Below are positions 1-11,042 of a DNA stretch of 18,329 nt, piece by piece. The stretch's first letter is position 1. Each line of letters opens with the position of its first letter. The stretch is from Nitrospinota bacterium (GTDB taxonomy: Bacteria; Nitrospinota; Nitrospinia; Nitrospinales; VA-1). The notes under the pieces were generated by a model. That model saw nothing but the letters and a program-made list of their open reading frames with translations, did no database searches and had not been told where the DNA came from. The position numbers and the translations under genes are program-made. The stretch lies in assembly GCA_038108555.1 (NCBI GenBank), contig JAYNIA010000002.1, positions 115,332 to 133,660 on the forward strand, written 5' to 3'.

Positions 1-2596
<2,596 letters not shown>

Positions 2597-2608
2597 AACA
2601 AAACAAGT

Positions 2609-2965
2609 CTAGGCTTCACCAATTATTCCGTGAATTTTGAATTCATGAATATCGTAACCCGATCTTTTGGACAAAGAAGCTTGAGCCACCGCTTTTAATA
2701 TTTCCACTTTCTCCCCATCCATCCATTCCATGAAATGGTCGAAAATTTTTTCCGGGAAGTAAAGAGTCAGGTTTAAATGGGCTCTCTGATAGACGAATTG
2801 CATCCCCGATCTCATTGGGTTACTGCGAAGGGGTTTGTACTCGACCCGTCCTTGCAGCATATAGTCTGCAATTACCCGCCATTCTTCGCCAATCTTTAAT
2901 AAATTTTCCCGAATTAGAGAAAGGTATCTCCCCTGCTCTGGCAGCTCATAGGTATAACTTTTCAT
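2609..2965 (-). CDS. Hypothetical soluble protein, 118 aa
   Basis: ATG start 6 bp after the methyltransferase stop. Fills the gap to the convergent tgt stop and has a protein-like amphipathic alpha/beta pattern. No family confidently recognised. Confidence 0.75.
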   Translation of the reverse strand: MKSYTYELPEQGRYLSLIRENLLKIGEEWRVIADYMLQGRVEYKPLRSNPMRSGMQFVYQRAHLNLTLYFPEKIFDHFMEWMDGEKVEILKAVAQASLSKRSGYDIHEFKIHGIIGEA

Positions 2966-2971
2966 TAATTT

Positions 2972-3781
2972 CTATCCGATCAATTTTGCTCTCAAGGCCA
3001 GAAAAAGGGGTATCTCTTTCCGTGAGCGGTTTTCGGCTTTTGCCCTTTTCCCTGGCTGACTTTTTTTATTAGACACCCACTCCTCCAACCCATCAACGGC
3101 AAATCCTGCATTTGCAAGTGCCACAAAGTAACTTTCCATGGGCCGATGAAAAGTCAGAGTGAAAGAATTTTTATCGGCAAAAGGAGGTGTAAGAATTGGT
3201 ATATTGGTTTCAGTTTTATAATGGTCCACCCTTCGATATTCTATTTTTTTCTCCTCGTCCCAACCCCAATGAGTCTGCCGGGGAATGCGAAAACAGGGGT
3301 GCACCATAACCACAACAAAATTGCTTTGAGGTTTCAATCCAATAGCCGCATTTGCAAATAGAGCCTCTATGTTTTCAATATTCTGAATTGCAAGAAGGCA
3401 AGCCATGCCATCGAACCGGTTTTCTTGAAAGTTTTCCGGATTTGCCACATCACCCACACTAAAACGAATGGAAGAGTTGGAACGTGATTTAGCATGATTT
3501 ATTAATTCAGAGGAAGAGTCAAGTCCTTCCACCTTCATCCCCTTCCGAGACAAATACCTCGAAAATACCCCCTGGCCACAGGCCAAGTCTAAAACCCTAT
3601 CTCCCTTTTTTATATCAAGCATTTTAAACACACCCGGCATGATAATGTCTTTTTGAAAATCCGTTCCCTGCGAACCCACCAACGAATCGTACCAGCGAGA
3701 GGCCTGATCCCACATGGTGATACCACGTGCGGGGGATTTTGAGCTCCTTTTCTTTTTATTATTTTCCGGTTTTCTTTTCAA
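2972..3781 (-). CDS. Class I SAM-dependent methyltransferase
   Basis: Motif I RVLDLACGQG, acidic end of beta2 (VEGLDSS), FSVGDV, FDGMAC, LKPQSNFVVVMVHPCF. Start uncertain: TTG at 3781, alternative ATG at 3715. Confidence 0.9.
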   Translation of the reverse strand: MKRKPENNKKKRSSKSPARGITMWDQASRWYDSLVGSQGTDFQKDIIMPGVFKMLDIKKGDRVLDLACGQGVFSRYLSRKGMKVEGLDSSSELINHAKSRSNSSIRFSVGDVANPENFQENRFDGMACLLAIQNIENIEALFANAAIGLKPQSNFVVVMVHPCFRIPRQTHWGWDEEKKIEYRRVDHYKTETNIPILTPPFADKNSFTLTFHRPMESYFVALANAGFAVDGLEEWVSNKKSQPGKRAKAENRSRKEIPLFLALRAKLIG

Positions 3782-3840
3782 AGTATTTCCGATCCAATTT
3801 TTCTTTTTCGGGTTTCAAATCCAAACACGTACATTTGCAA

Positions 3841-3870
3841 GTGGCAGGAAAAATGAAAATCCTATATAAT
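3841..3870 (+). promoter_or_regulatory. Candidate sigma70 promoter for the lipoprotein gene
   Basis: GTGGCA (3841-3846, 4/6 match to TTGACA), 18-bp spacer, perfect TATAAT (3865-3870) in the divergent intergenic region. Confidence 0.4.
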
Positions 3871-3930
3871 TCAATGTGATTGGAGATAAAATTTTCACCC
3901 CACAGTTCAGCCCTCGAAAAATTTTTCCTT

Positions 3931-4404
3931 ATGCTCAGTGTAAAACCAAAAATTTCTTCAAGCACCGGACTTCTAGCATTACTTGTAATTTTAACCACTG
4001 TTTCCTGCGGAACCATAAATCCGTTGAAACAAAATCAGGAAGAGCTGGATGTAAAAATAAAAGCCTTTAATTTTGAATTTGAAAGCAAGGCATTGGATCG
4101 AAGTTCGCGTTTTATCCACCCTGAATTCATGGAAGCCTTTCAAAAGAATTCCGTAGATTTTAAAAAAAAGGTTACCATTTTGGAATCCGACAGACTTGAC
4201 CTGAAATTTTTTATGGACGACAAACCTGTTACCATCACTCCCTCTCTCTTTGAAGAAGATTTCAACAGAGCGGAGCTGAAGGTACGTTATCAACTCTCCA
4301 TATTACCTAGCACAAAAATCAAAACAATCATCGTAAAACAGGAATGGGTCCGACACAAAAGTTTTTGGTACGTCCTTCCTAATTTGGATTCATTCCTGAA
4401 TTAA
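3931..4404 (+). CDS. Putative lipoprotein of unknown function (157 aa)
   Basis: From ATG 3931: basic n-region (MLSVKPK), hydrophobic h-region (LLALLVILTT) and lipobox-like TVS-C at residue 26. The ORF track extends it to TTG 3880, which would give an overlong signal peptide. Confidence 0.7.
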   Translation: MLSVKPKISSSTGLLALLVILTTVSCGTINPLKQNQEELDVKIKAFNFEFESKALDRSSRFIHPEFMEAFQKNSVDFKKKVTILESDRLDLKFFMDDKPVTITPSLFEEDFNRAELKVRYQLSILPSTKIKTIIVKQEWVRHKSFWYVLPNLDSFLN

Positions 4405-4425
4405 ATCTATAATTACCCAAAAGAC

Positions 4426-5115
4426 TCATAGGTGTACTTCCACAGCTTCGTTAAGTGAAATCGTAGTGGGGGTTACCTTGCAATTCATTCCATAAAGCTC
4501 CACGCCTTCTTTTTCCGCCTGACGAAGACATTCTCCAAACTCAGGGTCAATTTCATCATTGCTGGTAATGGATTGGGTATCCTGCCTTTGCGAAACAAAC
4601 AATATGGCTGTGCGATAACCCTTGCCACAAAACTCTATTAACTCCTTTACATGTTTTATGCCTCGTTGGGTAGGAGCATCCGGAAATTTCCCTATTCCCT
4701 CTTCCACCAGGCTGACGGACTTCACTTCCACAAACGCAGAGTTCTTTGGGAAGCCAAGACGAAAATCAAACCGACTGTTTCCCGCCTTTACCTCACTCGC
4801 AAAACTGGAATATCCTTTTAAAAAAGGGAGAGACTGTTCCATCAACGCGTTTGCAACCAAAGAATTTGCAAAAACAGGAAAAACTGAAACCCAAATCGAT
4901 CCATGCCTGACCAACACAAGCGTGTAATCTGTTTTTCGGGTTTTACTGGGTTGGTGGACCAACCGGACCTTTCTATTAGTTAACATCAATCCAGGCAACC
5001 GGCCGGGATCAGGAACATGCGCCAGGGTTTCCTTACCCTCTATTTCAACACGGGCAAGATATCGATTGGGCCGTTCCAGAAACACACCATCAACTATTTT
5101 TTCTCCAAATCTCAT
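4426..5115 (-). CDS. sfsA: SfsA family DNA/RNA nuclease (sugar fermentation stimulation protein)
   Basis: RPNRY, AHVPDPGRL, SEVKAGNSRFDF, FVEVKSVSL, FPDAPTQRGIKHVKEL, IDPEFGECLRQA..GVE. 229 aa is typical. Confidence 0.95.
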   Translation of the reverse strand: MRFGEKIVDGVFLERPNRYLARVEIEGKETLAHVPDPGRLPGLMLTNRKVRLVHQPSKTRKTDYTLVLVRHGSIWVSVFPVFANSLVANALMEQSLPFLKGYSSFASEVKAGNSRFDFRLGFPKNSAFVEVKSVSLVEEGIGKFPDAPTQRGIKHVKELIEFCGKGYRTAILFVSQRQDTQSITSNDEIDPEFGECLRQAEKEGVELYGMNCKVTPTTISLNEAVEVHL

Positions 5116-5181
5116 AACGGGATACCCGATTTAGAGGCTAACGAGCAAATTTAGGTTGGAATTTGGTAATGAATGGAACTA

Positions 5182-6693
5182 TTAATGATGTCCGCTATCT
5201 TTCCCTGCATCCAAGTTGACTGTTTTTTCAAGATGCAAAAGATAATCTACCGAGGGAGACACTCGGTCAATAAATGGTTTTGGATATAAACCAATGAACA
5301 GGATCAGAAGACAGGCTGGGAGGAGAAGTTTTAATTCCCCTGAATTAATGTCAGAAATATTTTCAGAGTTGGGTTCTTCCTGCATGGACCCCTGAAACAT
5401 ATAGAGCATGTAAATCGAGGCAAAAACAATGGAGAGCCCCCCCATAATGACCAATATGGTTGCAAAGCCAGCCAATAAATCCGAAGTCCAAACCCCCATC
5501 AAAATCAGGAACTCACCGACAAACCCGTTCAATCCGGGTAGTCCTAATGCAGCCAGCATGACTAGCATAAAGACCCCGTAAAGGATCGGCATGGATTTAC
5601 TGAGTCCGCGCAGCTCGCCCAGAATTCTCGTGCCCATCCTAATTTCAATGTAACCCACAATGAGAAATAAAGCGGAAGCTATAATACCGTGATTGACCAT
5701 TTGCAATAAGCTTCCTTCAATACCTTCTCCGTTTTGAGCAAAAATCCCCAAAACTATAAATCCCAAATGACTGATACTGGAATATGCAACAAGGGACTTA
5801 ATATCTTTTTGGGCCAGGGCTATCCATGCACCGTAAACCATGCCCGAAGCAGCAAGAAACCCTATAAACAAAGCCATGGTTTCTACGGCTTCCGGAAATA
5901 AGGGCAAACAAAATCGTAAAATCCCATAAGCACCTGTTTTCGACATCGCCCCGGTTAGCAGAATCAAAGCCGGGATTGGACATGCTCGGTAAGCGTGTGG
6001 TAACCAGCTATGAAGCGGAAACACCGGAACCTTGATGGCAAACGCCACAAAAAAGAACAGGAACATCCACATTTGCATGAACGGATCGATATGTGTGTGT
6101 GAAAGCACACGCAGGTCGAAAGTCACATCATGAGTTGCTCCATAATGAATCATGGTAAGTGTGAGGATAGCTACCAGCATCAACAAGCTGCCCACGAGCG
6201 TGTAGATCACAAACTTCATCGTGGCATAAACCCGGTTGCCTTCACCCCAAATTCCAATAATGAAATAGGTAGGGACCAGCATTAACTCCCAGAACACATA
6301 AAACAGAATTGTATCCAAAGCCAGAAATACGCCCAGTGTCCCTGCTTCCAGTGCCAACATCAATGCCACAAAGTTTCTAAGATCTTTTTTCTGGTTGAGG
6401 GAAAGGAGAAGGGCAATCACACCAAGGAAAGCAGTTAGAACCACCATCCATAAACTGATTCCATCCACTCCAACAAGGTAATTAATATGAAGCGCAGGAA
6501 CCCAATGGAAACTCTGCACAAACTGCATTTCTGGATTGCTTGCATCAAAAGTAAATAGTAGCCATAGAGAAATCACAAGGACCGATGAAGTCGCACCTAT
6601 CCCGGCTGACTTGATCAGTCCGGTATTATCACGGGCAACAAATATGAGCGCCAGCGCGGTCAACAGAGGTATAAAAATAATTAGGGATAACAT
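5182..6693 (-). CDS. nuoM: NADH-quinone oxidoreductase subunit M
   Basis: WVPALHINYLVGVDGIS, FYVFWELMLVP, AFAIKVPVFPLHSWLP, KSLVAYSSISHLG, QMVNHG, LGLPGLNGFVGEF. Follows nuoL. Confidence 0.96.
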   Translation of the reverse strand: MLSLIIFIPLLTALALIFVARDNTGLIKSAGIGATSSVLVISLWLLFTFDASNPEMQFVQSFHWVPALHINYLVGVDGISLWMVVLTAFLGVIALLLSLNQKKDLRNFVALMLALEAGTLGVFLALDTILFYVFWELMLVPTYFIIGIWGEGNRVYATMKFVIYTLVGSLLMLVAILTLTMIHYGATHDVTFDLRVLSHTHIDPFMQMWMFLFFFVAFAIKVPVFPLHSWLPHAYRACPIPALILLTGAMSKTGAYGILRFCLPLFPEAVETMALFIGFLAASGMVYGAWIALAQKDIKSLVAYSSISHLGFIVLGIFAQNGEGIEGSLLQMVNHGIIASALFLIVGYIEIRMGTRILGELRGLSKSMPILYGVFMLVMLAALGLPGLNGFVGEFLILMGVWTSDLLAGFATILVIMGGLSIVFASIYMLYMFQGSMQEEPNSENISDINSGELKLLLPACLLILFIGLYPKPFIDRVSPSVDYLLHLEKTVNLDAGKDSGHH

Positions 6694-6699
6694 TTTTCT

Positions 6700-8568
6700 C
6701 TACAGGAAAACCACAAACAATAAAATTATCACCATACCGGCAACCATGTTGATGGCATAGGTACGCACCCTGCCGGATTGCCAGAAACTGATTCCCCGAC
6801 TCACTTCTTTAACCTGCAAACCCACTTCATCAACCGCAAAATCGATTCCATGTCTTTCAGCCTTGTCCTCCATAAAAGCCCCAATAGCTTTTGTCGGCTT
6901 TACAATTAGCAGGTCATAAATTTCATCCACATAGTATTTGTGGAATAATAAATCATATAGTGGCGCAAAGGCTTCTTTCATCAACTCTATGCGATCCTTG
7001 CTGACTTGATACACCAAGGCTGCGGTTGCAATACCACCGATTCCTGCAAGCAGTGCGATCGTTTCCAACAGACCATCATGGTAATGATGCACTTCATGTC
7101 CGAAAACAGGTGCCAGGAATCCATCTACCATTGGACTTAAAAATCCACCTCCCAATGCCAAAACTGCCAACAGGACCAGAGGGATCGCCATGGTTGCAGG
7201 TGATTCGTGCGGATGCGCTTCCGGGCTTCTGGTTTCGCCAATGAAGGTCGAGAAATAAACGCGGAAAATATAAAAAGCCGTCATACCCGCAGTAATAAGT
7301 GCTATAGCCCAAAAAACAAAATTTCCCATATCTGCATGATAGGAACTTAGAATGATGGCTTCTTTACTGAAGTAACCACTGGTGAGAGGAAACCCTGCCA
7401 ATGCAAGTGCACCAATCAAAAAAGTTGCGTGGGTCAAAGGCATGACCTTTCTCAGTCCGCCCATCTTCCGGATGTCCTGCTCTCCATCCAAAGCATGAAT
7501 GACACTTCCCGCAGCAAGAAATAAAAGCGCTTTAAAAAATGCGTGCGTCATCAAGTGGAACATACCCAGACTATAAACTCCTATTCCCATCGCAAGAAAC
7601 ATATAACCCAACTGACTCATAGTGGAGTACGCAATCACACGCTTGATATCATATTGAACCATTCCCATCGTGCCGGCAAAGGCTGCGGTGAATACTCCCA
7701 CGGTGGCAATAAAATACATCGTGAAAGGGGCCAGTTCATACAACACATGGCAACGTGCAACAAGATAAACCCCAGCTGTCACCATTGTAGCCGCATGAAT
7801 CAAGGCACTGACCGGAGTGGGCCCTTCCATCGCATCGGGCAACCAGGTATGTAGTGGCAGTTGCGCTGACTTTGCAAAAGCTCCGACCAGAAGCAATAAA
7901 GTGATTAAAAGGATTCCGTCATCATTGGATCGAAAGGTTCCCGGCGCGGCAGAAAAAACATCTACGAAGTTTAACGTTCCAAAATATTCAAAAATTACAA
8001 AAGCTGCGATGACCATACCAACATCACCGATCACATTCATCACAAACGCTTTTCGTGCTGCCAAAACGGCGCTGGTCTTTTCTTTGTAGAAACCAATTAG
8101 GAGGTAGGAGGCCAGACCTACCAGAGCCCATCCAACAATCAGAAAAAAGAAATCCGCTGCTGCAACCAGCACCAGCATGGAAAAGACGAACAAATTTAAA
8201 TAAGAGAAGAAACGTGAATACCCCGGGTCGTCATGCATATAACCGATGGAATATACATGGATCACAAACCCCACCCCGGTGACAATAAGAAACATGAAAA
8301 CCGATAGCGGGTCCACCAGAATAGCGAGATCCAACTTAAAGGTGGCAGCAGATATCCACTGATACAGCACCTGAACCCGGCCCACACGCTCTTCCGCAGG
8401 AAGGAAGAGCAAATCACTCAATGCGACCAAAGAAGCCAGAAAGGAAGCGCCCACGGAACTACAACCGATCAGCCCCACCAGCGTCTTGGAAATACGCTCG
8501 CCATACCAACTGAGATAGATAAACCCAGCCAGGGGAAATAATAAAATAAGCCAACTGCTTGAGAACAA
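6700..8568 (-). CDS. nuoL: NADH-quinone oxidoreductase subunit L
   Basis: HVYSIGYM, KSAQLPLHTWLPDAMEGPTPVSALIHAATMVTAGVYL, DIKRVIAYSTMSQLGYM, FHLMTHAFFKALLFL, C-terminal lateral helix and final TM. TTG start 3 bp after the nuoK stop. Confidence 0.97.
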   Translation of the reverse strand: MFSSSWLILLFPLAGFIYLSWYGERISKTLVGLIGCSSVGASFLASLVALSDLLFLPAEERVGRVQVLYQWISAATFKLDLAILVDPLSVFMFLIVTGVGFVIHVYSIGYMHDDPGYSRFFSYLNLFVFSMLVLVAAADFFFLIVGWALVGLASYLLIGFYKEKTSAVLAARKAFVMNVIGDVGMVIAAFVIFEYFGTLNFVDVFSAAPGTFRSNDDGILLITLLLLVGAFAKSAQLPLHTWLPDAMEGPTPVSALIHAATMVTAGVYLVARCHVLYELAPFTMYFIATVGVFTAAFAGTMGMVQYDIKRVIAYSTMSQLGYMFLAMGIGVYSLGMFHLMTHAFFKALLFLAAGSVIHALDGEQDIRKMGGLRKVMPLTHATFLIGALALAGFPLTSGYFSKEAIILSSYHADMGNFVFWAIALITAGMTAFYIFRVYFSTFIGETRSPEAHPHESPATMAIPLVLLAVLALGGGFLSPMVDGFLAPVFGHEVHHYHDGLLETIALLAGIGGIATAALVYQVSKDRIELMKEAFAPLYDLLFHKYYVDEIYDLLIVKPTKAIGAFMEDKAERHGIDFAVDEVGLQVKEVSRGISFWQSGRVRTYAINMVAGMVIILLFVVFL

Positions 8569-8571
8569 AAC

Positions 8572-8871
8572 TTAACCTTTCAGAGCGTTAATATGATCCA
8601 CATCCATATCATGTCGGGTGCGAAAAATTGTAAGTATGATAGCCAATCCCACCACCACTTCAGCGGCAGCAACGGTCATAATTATCAAAGCAAAAATCTG
8701 ACCATCGAGGGAATTTAAAAAGCTGGAATACGCAATCAGGAGGAAGTTGACCGAATTAAGCATCAACTCTACCGACATGAACATAATTAAAGGATTTTTT
8801 CGGATAATAAATCCACACGCTCCGACACAAAACACGGAAGCGCTAACAAGCAATACAAATTCCTGACCCAT
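8572..8871 (-). CDS. nuoK: NADH-quinone oxidoreductase subunit K
   Basis: MSVELMLNSVN, GQIFALIIMTVAAAEVVVGLAI. Start moved to ATG 8871 (99 aa), 2 bp after the nuoJ stop. Confidence 0.96.
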   Translation of the reverse strand: MGQEFVLLVSASVFCVGACGFIIRKNPLIMFMSVELMLNSVNFLLIAYSSFLNSLDGQIFALIIMTVAAAEVVVGLAIILTIFRTRHDMDVDHINALKG

Positions 8872-8873
8872 AA

Positions 8874-9413
8874 TTATCGCCTTTTCAAGGGAGCAAAAGA
8901 AAATTTTGCCAGACAAATAACTCCTACAGCAGCAACCAGTAACAAAGCCGAAGCCAACTCAAAGGCCACAAGATGCTTGGAGTACAATTCCAAACCTATC
9001 GCCTTGGCGGTACCAAATATTTCGGGATTGATTTTGCCCTCTATCTGCTTTGTTGGTCCCACGGTTGCAGACAAATACAATTCACCCAATAAGGTAAAAA
9101 TAAAAGTAAATGCGATTGAACGCTCAAATGTAAATTCTTGAATCTCTTTTTTGCCCCCAAGCAAAGCAATAATGAATAGGAATAAAATCATTACCGCCCC
9201 GGCATAGACAATAATCTGGACTGCTGCCAGGAATTCCGCATTATAAAGAAGAAAAAGCAACGCGAGGCATATCATGTGTCCAATAAGATACAACGCACAG
9301 TAAATGGGAGAAGAGCATAAAATAACTCCCAGACTGGCAAGCACCGCTGTAATCCCAACGGTAAAAATCACCGTATCTTTTGTAAACTCGAAAATTGTTG
9401 CTAAATCAAACAC
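8874..9413 (-). CDS. nuoJ: NADH-quinone oxidoreductase subunit J
   Basis: AEFLAAVQIIVYAGAVMILFLF, FELASALLLVAAVG. Start moved to GTG 9413, preceded by the SD-like AGGGAG 7 nt upstream. Confidence 0.93.
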   Translation of the reverse strand: MFDLATIFEFTKDTVIFTVGITAVLASLGVILCSSPIYCALYLIGHMICLALLFLLYNAEFLAAVQIIVYAGAVMILFLFIIALLGGKKEIQEFTFERSIAFTFIFTLLGELYLSATVGPTKQIEGKINPEIFGTAKAIGLELYSKHLVAFELASALLLVAAVGVICLAKFSFAPLKRR

Positions 9414-9465
9414 ACATACACTCCCTGAAACTTTTTCCCTCAACTAAAGCGATTATAAATCGTCT

Positions 9466-9960
9466 TTATTTGTTAACACGCTCCGTATTCCCCAACACAT
9501 TGACCCGAAATTCATTCGGCTCCGGATAAACCAGTAAATCCTGTTTTTCCATGATGTAGTTATCCCGGTCATAATCTGCAAGCTCGTAATGTTCTCGCAA
9601 CACAACGGCATCTACCGGACATGCCTCTTCGCAATAACCACAATAAATACATCTCAGGAGATTGATCTCATAGGTTTCAGCATAACGTTCTCCCTTGGAG
9701 ACCGGGTTCTCAGGATCATTCTCGGCCGCTACCACATGGATACAGCCTACCGGACAGTTAATAGAGCATAAACTGCAACCCACGCAACGTTCCAATCCAT
9801 CTTCATCACGGTTCAGAAAATGGCGGCCCCGATACCTTGTGGGCATGGTGCGCTTAACTTCCGGATATTGCAATGTGACCGGTTTGGACAGCATATTCTT
9901 GAAGGTCACACCCATCCCAATCAACAGATTTTTAACACCCGCAAAAGTAGCCTGTAACAT
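9466..9960 (-). CDS. nuoI: NADH-quinone oxidoreductase subunit I (2x[4Fe-4S])
   Basis: VTLQYPE, RYRGRH, CVGCSLCSINCP and CIYCGYCEEACP. ATG 9960 with strong SD GGAGGAG (164 aa). Confidence 0.97.
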   Translation of the reverse strand: MLQATFAGVKNLLIGMGVTFKNMLSKPVTLQYPEVKRTMPTRYRGRHFLNRDEDGLERCVGCSLCSINCPVGCIHVVAAENDPENPVSKGERYAETYEINLLRCIYCGYCEEACPVDAVVLREHYELADYDRDNYIMEKQDLLVYPEPNEFRVNVLGNTERVNK

Positions 9961-9974
9961 AGCTCCTCCCGGAC

Positions 9975-11018
9975 TTACATCACCTTGATGGTTCCGGTGA
10001 TTAATAGATTTAATAAACACAACGGCAGCAACACTTTCCATCCAAACGTCATCAATCTGTCATAACGTATTCTTGGAAATGTTGAACGCAGCCAAATAAA
10101 AACACACAAAAGGAAACCCACTTTGGCCGCAAAAGCAACAATCGGCCAAACCGGAATTCCATAAGAGTTCCATCCTCCTAAAAACAATAAAGTCACCAAA
10201 GCACTCATGGTCACCATATTGATGTACTCGCCCATGAAAAACATGGCGAATTTCATTCCCGTATATTCCGTATGAAACCCGGCAACCAGTTCCTGCTCCG
10301 CCTCCGGCAAATCAAAAGGAGCTCGATTGGTCTCTGCAACCCCGGCAATAAAAAACAACAAAAAGGCCAAAGGTTGAATAAGAATAAATGGAACTGAATC
10401 TTGCGCCCTCACCATATCCACCAGACTCAAAGAGCCGGTGAGGATAATGATGCTCAAAGCTGAAAGTCCCAGGGTCAATTCATAACTAATCATTTGAGCT
10501 GAGGAGCGCAATCCCCCCATCAGCGAATATTTATTATTGGAAGACAGTCCTGCGATCACCATTCCATAAATGCCCATCCCGGAGATCGCGAACACAAACA
10601 AAATTCCGCTATTGATATTGGCCCCCCACAACTCGATGTTCTGACCAAAAATTTCAAACGGAGCTCCAAATGGGATCACTGCGAAGGCAACAATCGCCGT
10701 AAACACAACCACAGCAGGCGCAAGATGGAAAAGAAACTTGTCTGCCGAGGTTTGAATAATCGATTCTTTAAAAAGCAGTTTGATGGTATCTGCCATTGGT
10801 TGACCAAACCCGAAAGGTCCTACGCGGTTGGGTCCCAGGCGAACCTGAAATCGTCCCATCAACCGTCGTTCGAGCCAAACAAGAAGGGGTACCACTGACA
10901 TCACCGCAACTGCAATCACTACAGCCTTGACGCTTCCAACAATTAAAGGGACATTGTCCGATAAAGATTGAACAATGAAGTCCCACAGTTCATCTAAAAA
11001 TTCAGTGATCCAGTCCAA
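9975..11018 (-). CDS. nuoH: NADH-quinone oxidoreductase subunit H
   Basis: ERRLMGRFQVRLGPNRVGPFG, ADTIKLLFKE, GGLRSSAQMISYE, AETNRAPFDLPEAEQELVAGFHTEY, PRIRYDRLM. TTG start after GGAGAAGGA. Confidence 0.97.
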   Translation of the reverse strand: MDWITEFLDELWDFIVQSLSDNVPLIVGSVKAVVIAVAVMSVVPLLVWLERRLMGRFQVRLGPNRVGPFGFGQPMADTIKLLFKESIIQTSADKFLFHLAPAVVVFTAIVAFAVIPFGAPFEIFGQNIELWGANINSGILFVFAISGMGIYGMVIAGLSSNNKYSLMGGLRSSAQMISYELTLGLSALSIIILTGSLSLVDMVRAQDSVPFILIQPLAFLLFFIAGVAETNRAPFDLPEAEQELVAGFHTEYTGMKFAMFFMGEYINMVTMSALVTLLFLGGWNSYGIPVWPIVAFAAKVGFLLCVFIWLRSTFPRIRYDRLMTFGWKVLLPLCLLNLLITGTIKVM

Positions 11019-11042
11019 ACCATCCTTCTCCAGCTAAAGCAA

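Noticed and set aside
3108..3843. Repeated CATTTGCAA(GTG) at about 3109, 3349 and 3832
   Set aside because: Short, irregularly spaced, and two copies simply encode Ala-Asn-Ala in the MTase. Not an array or convincing operator.
6700..6945. 2M-type complex I (extra NuoM with lengthened NuoL helix)
   Set aside because: Only one nuoM is present and the NuoL lateral helix has ordinary length.
5182..8871. nuoK, nuoL and nuoM share one reading frame separated by single stops; MTase TAG is also in frame with the next ATG (possible read-through or amber recoding)
   Set aside because: Frame coincidence is likely by chance. Other TAG stops (nuoE, nuoC) are not in frame with the next gene, and each protein ends at its normal C-terminus.
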